From IMG/VR virus record IMGVR_UViG_3300022921_000003: 64,000 bases of DNA. One strand, written 5' to 3'. Of this stretch, positions 39,190 to 47,676 are shown piece by piece. This DNA comes from an uncultured virus (IMG/VR IMGVR_UViG_3300022921_000003). Lineage: Duplodnaviria > Heunggongvirae > Uroviricota > Caudoviricetes. The notes beneath the pieces are model-generated. The model made no database searches. It worked only from the letters and a program-made list of their open reading frames with translations, and was not told the origin of the DNA. How positions within the stretch are numbered: position 1 is the stretch's first letter; the number at the start of each line of letters is the position of its first letter. A program made the translations under genes and the position numbers.

Positions 39190-39321
39190 GAGAAAAAGAG
39201 GGGGGAGTGGGGGCGCGCCTTCCCCCCTCTGACACATGGGCGGAGTGACTTCCCAGCTTGCGTAGACGCTGTGCATCCCTTGCTGAAGTTTGATTTCTCG
39301 CCCGTGTCAATTTTATTTATA
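39190..39321 (-). ncRNA. Candidate late-promoter small RNA with terminator
   Basis: TATAAATA 39314-39321; stem GACAC-GGGCG/CGCCC-AT-GTGTC from 39308; 10-bp GC hairpin plus T5. Confidence 0.6.
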
Positions 39322-39625
39322 TAACTCCGTGCTTCTTAAGCACATTTCTTGTCTGAATTTCTTTAGTAGATTGTGTGCTACTTGAACCGTAACGATCTGC
39401 AAGAGGTGTGCCTGGATTTGCCTCAGCAATACGTTGCATGTTCTCTGTAAATCCACCATCTACCTTTGGACCCACACCCATCATGTGGTCACCAGCAATT
39501 GCCACTGGCACGGGAATCTGTTGCACTTGAGGATTGAGTTTCTTATACTCATCAAGTTCAGCCATGGGCATAAACTCGTCATACTCTTCCTGTGTCACAG
39601 TATCATAAAACCTATATGTCGGCAT
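39317..39625 (-). CDS. FmdB-like conserved phage protein
   Basis: MPTY.F......E.......E...Y...NP pattern. Confidence 0.6.
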   Translation of the reverse strand: MPTYRFYDTVTQEEYDEFMPMAELDEYKKLNPQVQQIPVPVAIAGDHMMGVGPKVDGGFTENMQRIAEANPGTPLADRYGSSSTQSTKEIQTRNVLKKHGVI

Positions 39626-39822
39626 TATACGTCTAACTCCAATTGTACTGGTCCATACTTTCTCAAGTCATGTAACTCTTCAGACAGTTCCTTCACACGC
39701 AGTTGTAGATAATGTATCTGTTTCTGCATCTGTGCTATTTCAGTTTTATAGGTTTCTTCAGGCACTAACCGATCCTCCTTCAACCGGCGTCCCATGTACT
39801 CCCAATACGGTTCTCTCTCCAT
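39625..39822 (-). CDS. Small coiled-coil protein
   Basis: ORF track; ends QLELDV. Confidence 0.5.
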   Translation of the reverse strand: MEREPYWEYMGRRLKEDRLVPEETYKTEIAQMQKQIHYLQLRVKELSEELHDLRKYGPVQLELDV

Positions 39823-40312
39823 CAGGTGTCCCACCATTAAACCACTCCGGCATAGGGCGTTTCTTCCATTTCGCGAAACGCATTTTCTCTAGTATATAGT
39901 AGTTTCGATATGCAAGAACAGTGTCATCACCTTTGCAATAATCAGGCATACACTGAGGTGGATCAATGAAACCAACATTTGCAATATTCTCAGGAACCTT
40001 AGAGAGCGCACCGACTAGTCGTTCACTTGCATGATGCTTACCATAACGGAAGGTATACTCTTTAAGAAGATAGTGAAACAGGTCATACAGCCACAGATAT
40101 TGTTCCATAGATGCACGAGTCCAGATTGTAGATGGATGGTTCTTGTGCGCCAGTTTGTATAGACCCATTGCATCTGCATACTCATCACCATCAAGAACAC
40201 GATGTGCAGTTGATAGCATCTGAGCAGTCTCCAAAATCATCTTCACCACATGCTTGTCACAATGCAGCTGTGCTGCTGTCTCAGCGTCTTTCGAAAGATA
40301 GAAAATATTCAC
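39758..40312 (-). CDS. Pyrimidine-dimer DNA glycosylase-like protein
   Basis: NIF.L......A..HCDKHVVKMILE.AQMLSTAH, H.NHPS..W and PQCMP. Confidence 0.8.
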   Translation of the reverse strand: MNIFYLSKDAETAAQLHCDKHVVKMILETAQMLSTAHRVLDGDEYADAMGLYKLAHKNHPSTIWTRASMEQYLWLYDLFHYLLKEYTFRYGKHHASERLVGALSKVPENIANVGFIDPPQCMPDYCKGDDTVLAYRNYYILEKMRFAKWKKRPMPEWFNGGTPDGERTVLGVHGTPVEGGSVSA

Positions 40313-40442
40313 GGTTTAACCTTCACCTTATGGCTGCAATAATGCCAACACAACGCACATCCAGAAGTTTTAAATCTGGCAATTCTACGTTCTTTCCAAT
40401 GTTTAATTCTTTCCCTCATTGTAGGGACTTGTTTACTCATCT

Positions 40443-40949
40443 TCACTTCTCCCATTTATAAAAGATATGGTCACCAATTTCGACTGTCATAGTCTTAGTC
40501 TTTGCCCATGCAGGGGTGACATAATCTGCATGGTAATGAGTTGCACCATCCGTGATATCATAGAATGGCAGTTCGTTTGATAGGATTGCGTCTGCAAGAC
40601 TTAGCATTTCGTTGTATGTATTCTTGTTCTTTGGATTGTCTGATTGACCATCACAGAACCATGAGAACTGACAACGATGCTTGATTGGAATTCTTACATT
40701 CGGGTCTTTCCATGACTTACGAGTTGGACCTTCTTCGACAACCTCACAGATTGAGTTGGGGAACCTATCGTCATTCACACGATTGAGAACAACCGCAGTG
40801 ACTGCCATCCAACCAGCAGTCCCTTGGTTCCTTGCCTCGTAATACATATTCTTTGCGAGACAGATTGCAGACTCGTCATACTTTGGTTGTGGGGACATTG
40901 TTGAACCAACAACAACTGTCCCGATCACCAGTGCCTCAAGTGGATTCAT
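40443..40949 (-). CDS. Cell wall hydrolase (SleB/Hydrolase_2)
   Basis: CLA.N.Y.EAR, AV..VVLNRV...FP..IC.VV, CQFSW, GATHYH and IG.H.FY. Confidence 0.9.
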   Translation of the reverse strand: MNPLEALVIGTVVVGSTMSPQPKYDESAICLAKNMYYEARNQGTAGWMAVTAVVLNRVNDDRFPNSICEVVEEGPTRKSWKDPNVRIPIKHRCQFSWFCDGQSDNPKNKNTYNEMLSLADAILSNELPFYDITDGATHYHADYVTPAWAKTKTMTVEIGDHIFYKWEK

Positions 40950-41124
40950 ACCTCACCCAACTGTTCAGTGAGATACTGTTTGGCATACTTTGTTGCTTCA
41001 GTGCTTTTGAAGTACATCCCAACATCCTCAACCACCTCATCAACAGTGAATTCAGAGGGACCACCGTAAAAATATCCATTACAGAAATCTTCGATATCCA
41101 TCATGAAGTTTTTCATCTGACTCA

Positions 41125-41583
41125 TTACTTAATTCCTTTCACTTCCATATATGCTTTGGTCAGCGGACCCTGCAACTTGTATGCCTCAATCTCCCAAGGC
41201 TGGTCAATGTACTTCACATTCATGAAGTTGCGATACTTACCATCCTCACACTTCCAGAGATTCCGATAACCACCACGCCACCGTTCAATGATCCGTCCCG
41301 TTGCCCACTGCCAAACGTGAACCATCTCATGAACAATCGTTTCGATGAACTCTTCCTTGCTGACCAGACGACTCAGGCGATGGTCAATCTCAAGGATGAG
41401 GTGTCGAGTATCATCACCAACAGTACACCAACCCTGAGCACCATCTTCCATCGTCTTGCAGAAACGAACCTCTACCTCAAGGTTACGAATGCGGGGCATC
41501 AGTACAGTAATCATCGACCACACAATGTCTTCAGCAAGAACCCTGTCTTTCTTCAGACCACCTGTAACATCAACACTAATCAT
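41125..41583 (-). CDS. Zn-metallopeptidase-like protein
   Basis: HEMVH..Q and PWEIEAY; follows early promoter. Confidence 0.7.
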   Translation of the reverse strand: MISVDVTGGLKKDRVLAEDIVWSMITVLMPRIRNLEVEVRFCKTMEDGAQGWCTVGDDTRHLILEIDHRLSRLVSKEEFIETIVHEMVHVWQWATGRIIERWRGGYRNLWKCEDGKYRNFMNVKYIDQPWEIEAYKLQGPLTKAYMEVKGIK

Positions 41584-41594
41584 GACAACCTCAT

Positions 41595-41639
41595 CTCTTG
41601 ATTATGTCTTATAGTACCATACTTGATTCTTTTTGTCAA
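41595..41639 (-). promoter_or_regulatory. Sigma70-type early promoter module
   Basis: TTGACA-17-TACTAT-AAGACATAATCAAGAG. Confidence 0.85.
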
Positions 41640-41728
41640 CCCCTAAAATACAACGAGAGCAAACCATCCCGCCGCAAATAGGGTTAACATGAACAGGGTT
41701 TCAATCGCAACAGTCACAATTTTCTTCA

Positions 41729-41977
41729 TCAGATAATCCTCTCAAGAGTCAATTCTACATCGCCGGTCATGGCAAACTCATCAACAAACTTGTCGGAAAA
41801 CTCTACATACCCATCAAAGTCGTCACCAATGTCTTTTCCAATCGACTTCTCATAGGCACGAATTAACCACGAAGAATCTACAACATGAAAGGGAGACTTT
41901 TTAGTCCCAACATCAACAATGGGGTTGATGTCTAGCAAATCACCCATGATTTCCCGAACCGAAACTTCTTTAGTCAT
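41729..41977 (-). CDS. Small hypothetical early protein
   Basis: MTKEVSVREI...; SD GAGG. Confidence 0.6.
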   Translation of the reverse strand: MTKEVSVREIMGDLLDINPIVDVGTKKSPFHVVDSSWLIRAYEKSIGKDIGDDFDGYVEFSDKFVDEFAMTGDVELTLERII

Positions 41978-41984
41978 AACAACC

Positions 41985-42031
41985 TCTCTCTGATTATGAT
42001 TAACTATACCACACAAAAAGGAATCTGTCAA
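41985..42031 (-). promoter_or_regulatory. Sigma70-type early promoter module
   Basis: TTGACA-17-TATAGT-TAATCATAATCAGAGA. Confidence 0.85.
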
Positions 42032-42047
42032 CCCCTAAAATGACCCC

Positions 42048-42398
42048 CTAGAGATAAAGAGGGCCAGTCCAGTTGATGGTGTAACCACCGTCGAGGATAT
42101 TTCCCCGTGCTTTGTTCCGAGCAGGAGCAGCCCAACCAGCGGCTTTCAGAATATCACCCTTCCGAAACTTCTTATCGTTATCGGTGTTGACAACAAAACC
42201 CCAAACGCTACCACCTTCGGTGAATACCTTGATGTACTTAGTTCCCACCTTGTAGGTGATTTTCTCGTTGAACTCATCGATCATCGTCTTATTGGTTTCC
42301 GTCAAAGCGTCTAGACCCTTGGCACCAGCACACCGTGTGGTCCAGTTGAGGTAGTCTGCTTTGATGTTCTCAATCAGGGTGGTCATTTCGTTGTTCAT
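42048..42398 (-). CDS. Conserved hypothetical early protein
   Basis: G.KYIKV......VWGFV, GDILKAAGW.APA.N.ARGNI, WTGP.YL. Confidence 0.75.
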   Translation of the reverse strand: MNNEMTTLIENIKADYLNWTTRCAGAKGLDALTETNKTMIDEFNEKITYKVGTKYIKVFTEGGSVWGFVVNTDNDKKFRKGDILKAAGWAAPARNKARGNILDGGYTINWTGPLYL

Positions 42399-42411
42399 GT
42401 CTCTTCCTTTG

Positions 42412-42459
42412 TTTTCTCAGTGTATAACTAACTATACCATACGGATTCGGATATGTCAA
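42412..42459 (-). promoter_or_regulatory. Sigma70-type early promoter module
   Basis: TTGACA-17-TATAGT-TAGTTATACACTGAGAAAA. Confidence 0.85.
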
Positions 42460-42488
42460 CAAAAAAATGACCTATTTTGAAAGTTTTT

Positions 42489-42986
42489 TTAGTCAGGGAA
42501 AGATGCGGCTCTAGACCCCTGTGGATACTCTACCTCTTCAACCATATACTCATCTGTCCAGTTGAATGCAGTCTTTACCACATTCGCAGACAATCCCTTG
42601 TAGACCTGATGCAGTTTCTTGTCCTTTGCAGCAACAAGCAGTTTTGCTTCATCTTCATGAAGACCCTCAAGCATCTGAACAAACATTGCCTCTCTCTTGT
42701 TCTGAGTAATCTGTGGATTACCACCCTTAATGAAGTGATACAACTTTCGTGCTTCATATGCAAGCATGTTATGCTCTGTACCTTCGGGTGCATCATTTTT
42801 TGTGTATGGAACGTCACCCTCTGGAAGTTCCCACTCAATTTTAGGGTCAAATGATGATTTGATAATCATACGAAGAGAATCATTGTTATACTTGCGTAGA
42901 TGTTCAATCTTCTCATTCTTGGTTTTCAACTTTGCGACCTTATTCAGAACCTCTGAAAACAGGGGTGTATATGTATCATGTGCCAT
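42489..42986 (-). CDS. Conserved T4-like protein downstream of rnh (DUF6433-like)
   Basis: FDP.I.W.LPEG.VPY and KRE.MF.Q.LEGLH..EA. Confidence 0.7.
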   Translation of the reverse strand: MAHDTYTPLFSEVLNKVAKLKTKNEKIEHLRKYNNDSLRMIIKSSFDPKIEWELPEGDVPYTKNDAPEGTEHNMLAYEARKLYHFIKGGNPQITQNKREAMFVQMLEGLHEDEAKLLVAAKDKKLHQVYKGLSANVVKTAFNWTDEYMVEEVEYPQGSRAASFPD

Positions 42987-42987
42987 T

Positions 42988-43830
42988 TTAAAATTCTCCT
43001 ATGGATTCAACGAGGTTGCGTAACCTCTTTTGTGTAAAGTAATTTAGTAGTTTGCTACGGTCACCTTCTGGTGCATCACGGAACTCTTCCAGAATTTTGA
43101 TGAAGAGTTCATCTGGTGATTTGGTTAGATCAATCAGAGTTTCATTCCTCTGAAAGTTTCTCTTGACCTCATCGTTAGGAAGGTCACCATCAATGAAAGA
43201 TGTAATCTTCTTCTTGCTCAGTGGCTTCTGACGCAATCCATCAACGAAGGTATTGTCTGGGGACAACACGTTAGGGACACCATCACTGGAGTCACCCTTC
43301 ATAACATGTTCTTTCAGATACTCCACTGGGTCAACACCATTCACATACTTCTTGGTGATAGGACTGTACTGTGTCACATTGCGATATTTCTGTAACTGAA
43401 TGAAGTCCTTGTCACCAGAAAGAATCAATGTCTTACCGTTATCGAATTCCAACTCACCACACAGTGCGGCAATAATATCATCTGCCTCTGCACCATATAC
43501 CTCAAGAAACTTGTAGGGGAAGAACTCTTTCAGTTCTGACTTGATGGTATTCAGACACTCAAAGATGGCATCCCAATTCAGATTGGAATCATCCCGTGTC
43601 TTCTTACGATTGCGTTTGTAATTTGGGAAGTAGTCTCTACGCCAGTAGTGCTTCGAGTCGTAACAGAGAACCAGTTCCCCATACTCTTCACGAAACATCG
43701 TGCGATACATGCGAACTGAATTGAGGATCATGTGACGAACCATATCAATCTCTGGTTCGATCTTCTTATTCATATTCAAGTGCATCATCACGCTGGCCAG
43801 ACTAATCTGGTTCATGTCAACTAAAATCAT
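42988..43830 (-). CDS. rnh: T4-type RNase H (5'-3' exonuclease)
   Basis: YWRR..FP.YK..R, EADDII, SGDKDF.QLQ, GD.SDG.PN. Confidence 0.93.
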   Translation of the reverse strand: MILVDMNQISLASVMMHLNMNKKIEPEIDMVRHMILNSVRMYRTMFREEYGELVLCYDSKHYWRRDYFPNYKRNRKKTRDDSNLNWDAIFECLNTIKSELKEFFPYKFLEVYGAEADDIIAALCGELEFDNGKTLILSGDKDFIQLQKYRNVTQYSPITKKYVNGVDPVEYLKEHVMKGDSSDGVPNVLSPDNTFVDGLRQKPLSKKKITSFIDGDLPNDEVKRNFQRNETLIDLTKSPDELFIKILEEFRDAPEGDRSKLLNYFTQKRLRNLVESIGEF

Positions 43831-43832
43831 AA

Positions 43833-44507
43833 TTATTCTTTCATTCTATTTATAATGGTCGCATTGAAACTCATCATGCGTCTTTCACCTTCGACAGAGA
43901 ACGGATATACAAAGTGCTTCAACCATGAAGGAAACACAAGGAACTTACCAACCTCAGGCTTGAACTTCAGATTGTCACTGCGAAAGTTCTGGTTCTCACC
44001 AAACGCAAATTCGATAAGACCCTTTGCTGGATAATGGTCCTTGAAATCCTCTTCCCATTCTTCTGTCATACCCTCTGGAACCTTTAGATAGATTGCAGCA
44101 GAGAAATCTCCATTGTGGTGATGTATAGGATTAAAGTCACCTGCATACTGACTAACCACCCAACTCTGTGTCAGGTGGATATTGTCTAGAGATGGTTTTA
44201 CTCCTGCACCCACTATTCTATTATAACTATGTGCTCGGTTTTTGTCAACCATATAATTCAAATAATCTAGGCATCCCTGCTTCATTGTGCGAAACAGGTA
44301 GTCACGGTCAGACTTATCCTTGACGGGAATTTGAATTTCCTTATTGACCTTACCAACTAGTCTATCAGAGAAGTCCCACTGTTTACTCTTCTCCTCATCT
44401 GCAAGAACCTCATCTGCAACAGTGTTTACAATATCAACAAACCGTTCTGATACAGTTGTCTCTAGAATGGCTGGACTATATGGTTCATGAAACTTCTGGG
44501 TCATCAT
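43833..44507 (-). CDS. Putative 2OG-Fe(II) oxygenase
   Basis: W......DFNP.H.H, S..IYLKVP and FPSWL.H.V.PF....ERR..SFN. Confidence 0.8.
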   Translation of the reverse strand: MMTQKFHEPYSPAILETTVSERFVDIVNTVADEVLADEEKSKQWDFSDRLVGKVNKEIQIPVKDKSDRDYLFRTMKQGCLDYLNYMVDKNRAHSYNRIVGAGVKPSLDNIHLTQSWVVSQYAGDFNPIHHHNGDFSAAIYLKVPEGMTEEWEEDFKDHYPAKGLIEFAFGENQNFRSDNLKFKPEVGKFLVFPSWLKHFVYPFSVEGERRMMSFNATIINRMKE

Positions 44508-44895
44508 CCTCATCCATTCTCATCAACTCCACCATCTCATTCAGTTTATCCATTCGAATAACTGTTCGATGTGAGTTGTCCATTTCAACAGTCGTCTCTG
44601 TGAATGTATCGACAAACTCATGGAGTGGATATTCAAGACCAGCGTCACGATATAGAAGTGACTTCACAAGTTCAATGACTAGGGAAAGGTCACGAGAAAA
44701 ATTTCGTTCTCCAATATCTACATCATTATCACTCATCATATGAATCATATCCATCACAAGTTTAGAAGACAGTTCTTCACAGAACTCCATATCTTCCTGA
44801 CGAAGAAGTTCTTCCTCATTTGGAACGACGACTTTTCTTTTTCGCCACGGTCCTTTTATTACGTTTCCCTCGTTTGGGTTTTGGTTCTCCGTCAT
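44485..44895 (-). CDS. Conserved hypothetical protein
   Basis: NVIKGPW motif; acidic. Confidence 0.65.
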   Translation of the reverse strand: MTENQNPNEGNVIKGPWRKRKVVVPNEEELLRQEDMEFCEELSSKLVMDMIHMMSDNDVDIGERNFSRDLSLVIELVKSLLYRDAGLEYPLHEFVDTFTETTVEMDNSHRTVIRMDKLNEMVELMRMDEDDDPEVS

Positions 44896-45451
44896 CTTCT
44901 ACAACGATCCCTCTTTCTTCATTATACATTTCTTGTGTGTAAACCTGTCCCAATAAGGGATAGTATGTTCCAACATCGAACTTTGGTTCACCCTTCTTAG
45001 GTCCATACCAGTAATACGCTTGTGCGATACAACGATTTTTAATTCTATGTTCTTGATACTCTCCATAGAAACTGTCTACCCAATCTCCAGTGCGAAGGTA
45101 TGCCTGCATATTACTTATATAACCTTCATGGATTTTGAGTTGTGCCTCTGCACCCTTGTCTTTTTGACGAACCTGTTGTCTTGCAGACTTGGCCAAGTCC
45201 TGTTGAGTCTTAATCCACTTCTTGACTTTTGCAGGACTCAATCCGTGTTCGTCTGGTAGATTGCGAAGACTCTCATGAATACTCGACTTACCATAGTTTG
45301 GGTTCTTTGCCGCTCTTGCTTCTCTTGCCTTTGCAAGACGTTCTGCTGCTGCAGCCTTCTGTTCCTCTGTCATAGGTTTACGAGGTTTACGTTTCTTTGG
45401 TGCTGTCCATCCACTGTTGTCAGTCTTGACAGTTACCTTCTTTCTAGGCAT
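44816..45451 (-). CDS. Basic conserved hypothetical protein
   Basis: KPMTEEQK..A.ERLAKARE and YLRTGDW...FYG. Confidence 0.7.
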   Translation of the reverse strand: MPRKKVTVKTDNSGWTAPKKRKPRKPMTEEQKAAAAERLAKAREARAAKNPNYGKSSIHESLRNLPDEHGLSPAKVKKWIKTQQDLAKSARQQVRQKDKGAEAQLKIHEGYISNMQAYLRTGDWVDSFYGEYQEHRIKNRCIAQAYYWYGPKKGEPKFDVGTYYPLLGQVYTQEMYNEERGIVVEDDGEPKPKRGKRNKRTVAKKKSRRSK

Positions 45452-45454
45452 GGA

Positions 45455-45658
45455 TTAGTATCCCTGTTCTTCCATTCGTTTCTTTAGATCACGTTCTGAA
45501 CGGCGTTTTGCGGCAGCCTTTGCCTTACGACGCTTGGTTCCCTTCGACTCATAGAACTCACGTTGTCGTAGTTCATTGAAGAAACCATCTTCTGTTAGTT
45601 TCTTCTTTAGAATACGCATCGCCTTATCGACGTTGTTGTTACGAACTTCAATTCTCAT
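45455..45658 (-). CDS. rpsU: 30S ribosomal protein bS21
   Basis: V.NNNVDKAMR.LKKK....G...EL..REFYE.....RR. Confidence 0.88.
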   Translation of the reverse strand: MRIEVRNNNVDKAMRILKKKLTEDGFFNELRQREFYESKGTKRRKAKAAAKRRSERDLKKRMEEQGY

Positions 45659-45659
45659 G

Positions 45660-46034
45660 TTATTTCCCTAGTCCTTGGTTATACGCCTCATTCTCTAGAC
45701 GGCGTTGCATTTCTGCGTTTCTCTGTGCAACACCTTTTTGACATGCGGCATATGCACCCTCATTACTCTTATAGTCTGAACAGACATCTGCACCAACTTC
45801 TTTGTAGATGACAGTCTGTTTCTGATCCATACTCTGACCAACTGAACTACCAGCAACTGCACCAATTAGAGTGCCGACACCAGTTGCAATCAGTCTACCA
45901 CTACCACCACCGACTTGACTTCCTAGAAGTCCACCAGCACCAGCACCGATAAGTGTTCCACCAGTTTGATTGTTCATCTGACAAGCAGTTAGACTTGCAA
46001 GAAGAACACCCGATACTACAATCGACTTAAGCAT
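45660..46034 (-). CDS. Glycine-zipper 2TM lipoprotein
   Basis: Lipobox LTAC; GTLIGAGAGGLLGSQVGGGSG glycine zipper. Confidence 0.8.
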   Translation of the reverse strand: MLKSIVVSGVLLASLTACQMNNQTGGTLIGAGAGGLLGSQVGGGSGRLIATGVGTLIGAVAGSSVGQSMDQKQTVIYKEVGADVCSDYKSNEGAYAACQKGVAQRNAEMQRRLENEAYNQGLGK

Positions 46035-46485
46035 TTGCTTCTCCTTCTTCTGAGTAGTATACATTCTTTAGTTCAAATAAGTCAATGCACTTTTGGCATC
46101 CACTACAAGGTTTCGACAAACCAGTAATCCATTTACGATTTGTCTTGTTTCTCTTTGCCCTCACAATATATAGTTCACACTTCGACAGGTCGTCAACATC
46201 GACAGACTTGAGTGCATTCTTGATTGCATGGACTTCTGCATGAAAGAAGACAGCATGATTGTTCTTACAGAACTGAGCCTGAAAGGGATGTGTCTTCTTA
46301 TGATTATATCCGTAGGAAATGACTTTACCCTTGCGTACCACGGCGGCAGCAATTCTTGCACCACGGACAGGTTCTACTGACTGTGCAAGTCGAAAAGTCT
46401 CATCGAAGATTTCAGAGTTCACCCTCACCTCACCAGCCTGGTGCACCGTAGACTCTGTCTTTCCTATAAGCCACACTCCAGTCAA
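46027..46485 (-). CDS. Cytidine/deoxycytidylate deaminase family protein (start uncertain)
   Basis: HAE and SKPCSGC zinc motifs. Confidence 0.8.
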   Translation of the reverse strand: MTGVWLIGKTESTVHQAGEVRVNSEIFDETFRLAQSVEPVRGARIAAAVVRKGKVISYGYNHKKTHPFQAQFCKNNHAVFFHAEVHAIKNALKSVDVDDLSKCELYIVRAKRNKTNRKWITGLSKPCSGCQKCIDLFELKNVYYSEEGEANA

Positions 46486-46750
46486 GTCCCATTGCAGGAC
46501 AGATGAAAACGGTATCAGGTAATCCGTTATTATCTATCTCACCTGCCTCACCAGAGATAAAGAAATGACCTGACTTCTCTGGAAATGCCTTACATAGAAT
46601 CTGGGTGATACGAATATCCTTTTCCCTTGCCTTTGCAAGATCAAGACATGCGTCACGCAACCACGCTTCCATAGTCGGGTCAATGTTCTTCTGATTGAGA
46701 CATTGACGGATTAGGTATTCTGCGTTATTGATGAAATCCTGTGTGTTCAT
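46430..46750 (-). CDS. Hypothetical protein
   Basis: FI.GE.G..D.NGLP....ICPA.G motif; SD GAGG. Confidence 0.6.
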   Translation of the reverse strand: MNTQDFINNAEYLIRQCLNQKNIDPTMEAWLRDACLDLAKAREKDIRITQILCKAFPEKSGHFFISGEAGEIDNNGLPDTVFICPAMGLDWSVAYRKDRVYGAPGW

Positions 46751-46935
46751 TATTCAACCTCACTCATCTACTTCTCGCTCCCAAAAACGACAATAAAAAT
46801 GATCACCGCATGAATCTATTTCATGCTGTGGATAACCATTCTCAACAAGCCATTTCTCTGTATCCTTGATACCTTCTGGCAATTCTTTTGGAAATCCATA
46901 CTTCCAACCAGAAGGTGGATCAATAATTAAAATCT

Positions 46936-47376
46936 TCATCCTCGCCTCATCTTTGCAACTTCTTCAGCAGACTTCTTGTTACGAATCGGCACTGCATTGG
47001 ATTTATGCATCTGGGCAATACCGATAATCTCTGTGCCGGTATAGACCTTCTCTTCTTTCTTTGCCATCGTAGGATTGTAGAATTGGTCGGAGCGAGAGGA
47101 TTCGAACCTCTGATCTCCACATCCCAAATGTGGCGGATTACCAGACTTTCCTACGCTCCGTTTGTTGGCGCTCTCGACAGGACTCGAACCTGTGACCCAC
47201 GGTTTAGAAGACCGTTGCTCTATTCCAGCTGAGCTACGAGAGCCTACCCCCATGCGTTTGAGGAACTTCTCATGTTCCTTCTCTGACGCAATTAGGGACT
47301 TAGATTTCTTGGATTTCTTACGCTTCTTCGTATTCGTAGTCGAATAGTAAGAAGGCAATAGATGCATTCCACTCAT
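46936..47376 (-). CDS. Conserved phage protein whose central linker is encoded by two tRNA genes
   Basis: Protein-like termini (MHLLP.Y..TT...HEKFLKRMGV; YTG..IIGIA.MHKSNAVP...AKMRRG); open frame through both tRNAs; promoter TTGACA-17-TATTGT. Confidence 0.7.
   Translation of the reverse strand: MSGMHLLPSYYSTTNTKKRKKSKKSKSLIASEKEHEKFLKRMGVGSRSSAGIEQRSSKPWVTGSSPVESANKRSVGKSGNPPHLGCGDQRFESSRSDQFYNPTMAKKEEKVYTGTEIIGIAQMHKSNAVPIRNKKSAEEVAKMRRG
47084..47160 (-). tRNA. tRNA-Pro(UGG)
   Basis: CGGAGCG acceptor; CCACA-TT-TGG-GA-TGTGG anticodon arm; GGTTCGAATCC; CCA. Confidence 0.93.
47166..47243 (-). tRNA. tRNA-Arg(UCU)
   Basis: GCTCTCG acceptor; ACGGT-CT-TCT-AA-ACCGT anticodon arm; GGTTCGAGTCC; CCA. 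Confidence 0.93.
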
Positions 47377-47408
47377 ATGAATAACAATATACTAGTTGGA
47401 GGGATTTG

Positions 47409-47639
47409 TCAAGATACTTTGTTAGTCTCGTTAACACTCTTAGCAATGATGTCAGAAATTAGGATAAGTTCCTTCTCACCATTCTCATCAGTCTTGGTCC
47501 AAATGTAACCTTCCTTCTCTAAATTAGAGAGTAGGGCTTCAATCACATCAGTCAAGTCGTTGCGTGTTGACCAGCGACCAGCATAGTATGCTCCAGCAAT
47601 ACATGCAACTGCGATTAGTGTGTGAGTTAGTACGTCCAT
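47409..47639 (-). CDS. Small membrane protein
   Basis: N-terminal TM segment; SD GAGG. Confidence 0.6.
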   Translation of the reverse strand: MDVLTHTLIAVACIAGAYYAGRWSTRNDLTDVIEALLSNLEKEGYIWTKTDENGEKELILISDIIAKSVNETNKVS

Positions 47640-47676
47640 AAGTAACCTCTATCCGATTCTACATACCCAATATACA

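Noticed and set aside
39231..39308. Cobalamin riboswitch (AAGGGA and CUGGGAAG words)
   Set aside because: Lacks the remaining B12-box and core elements and is too short.
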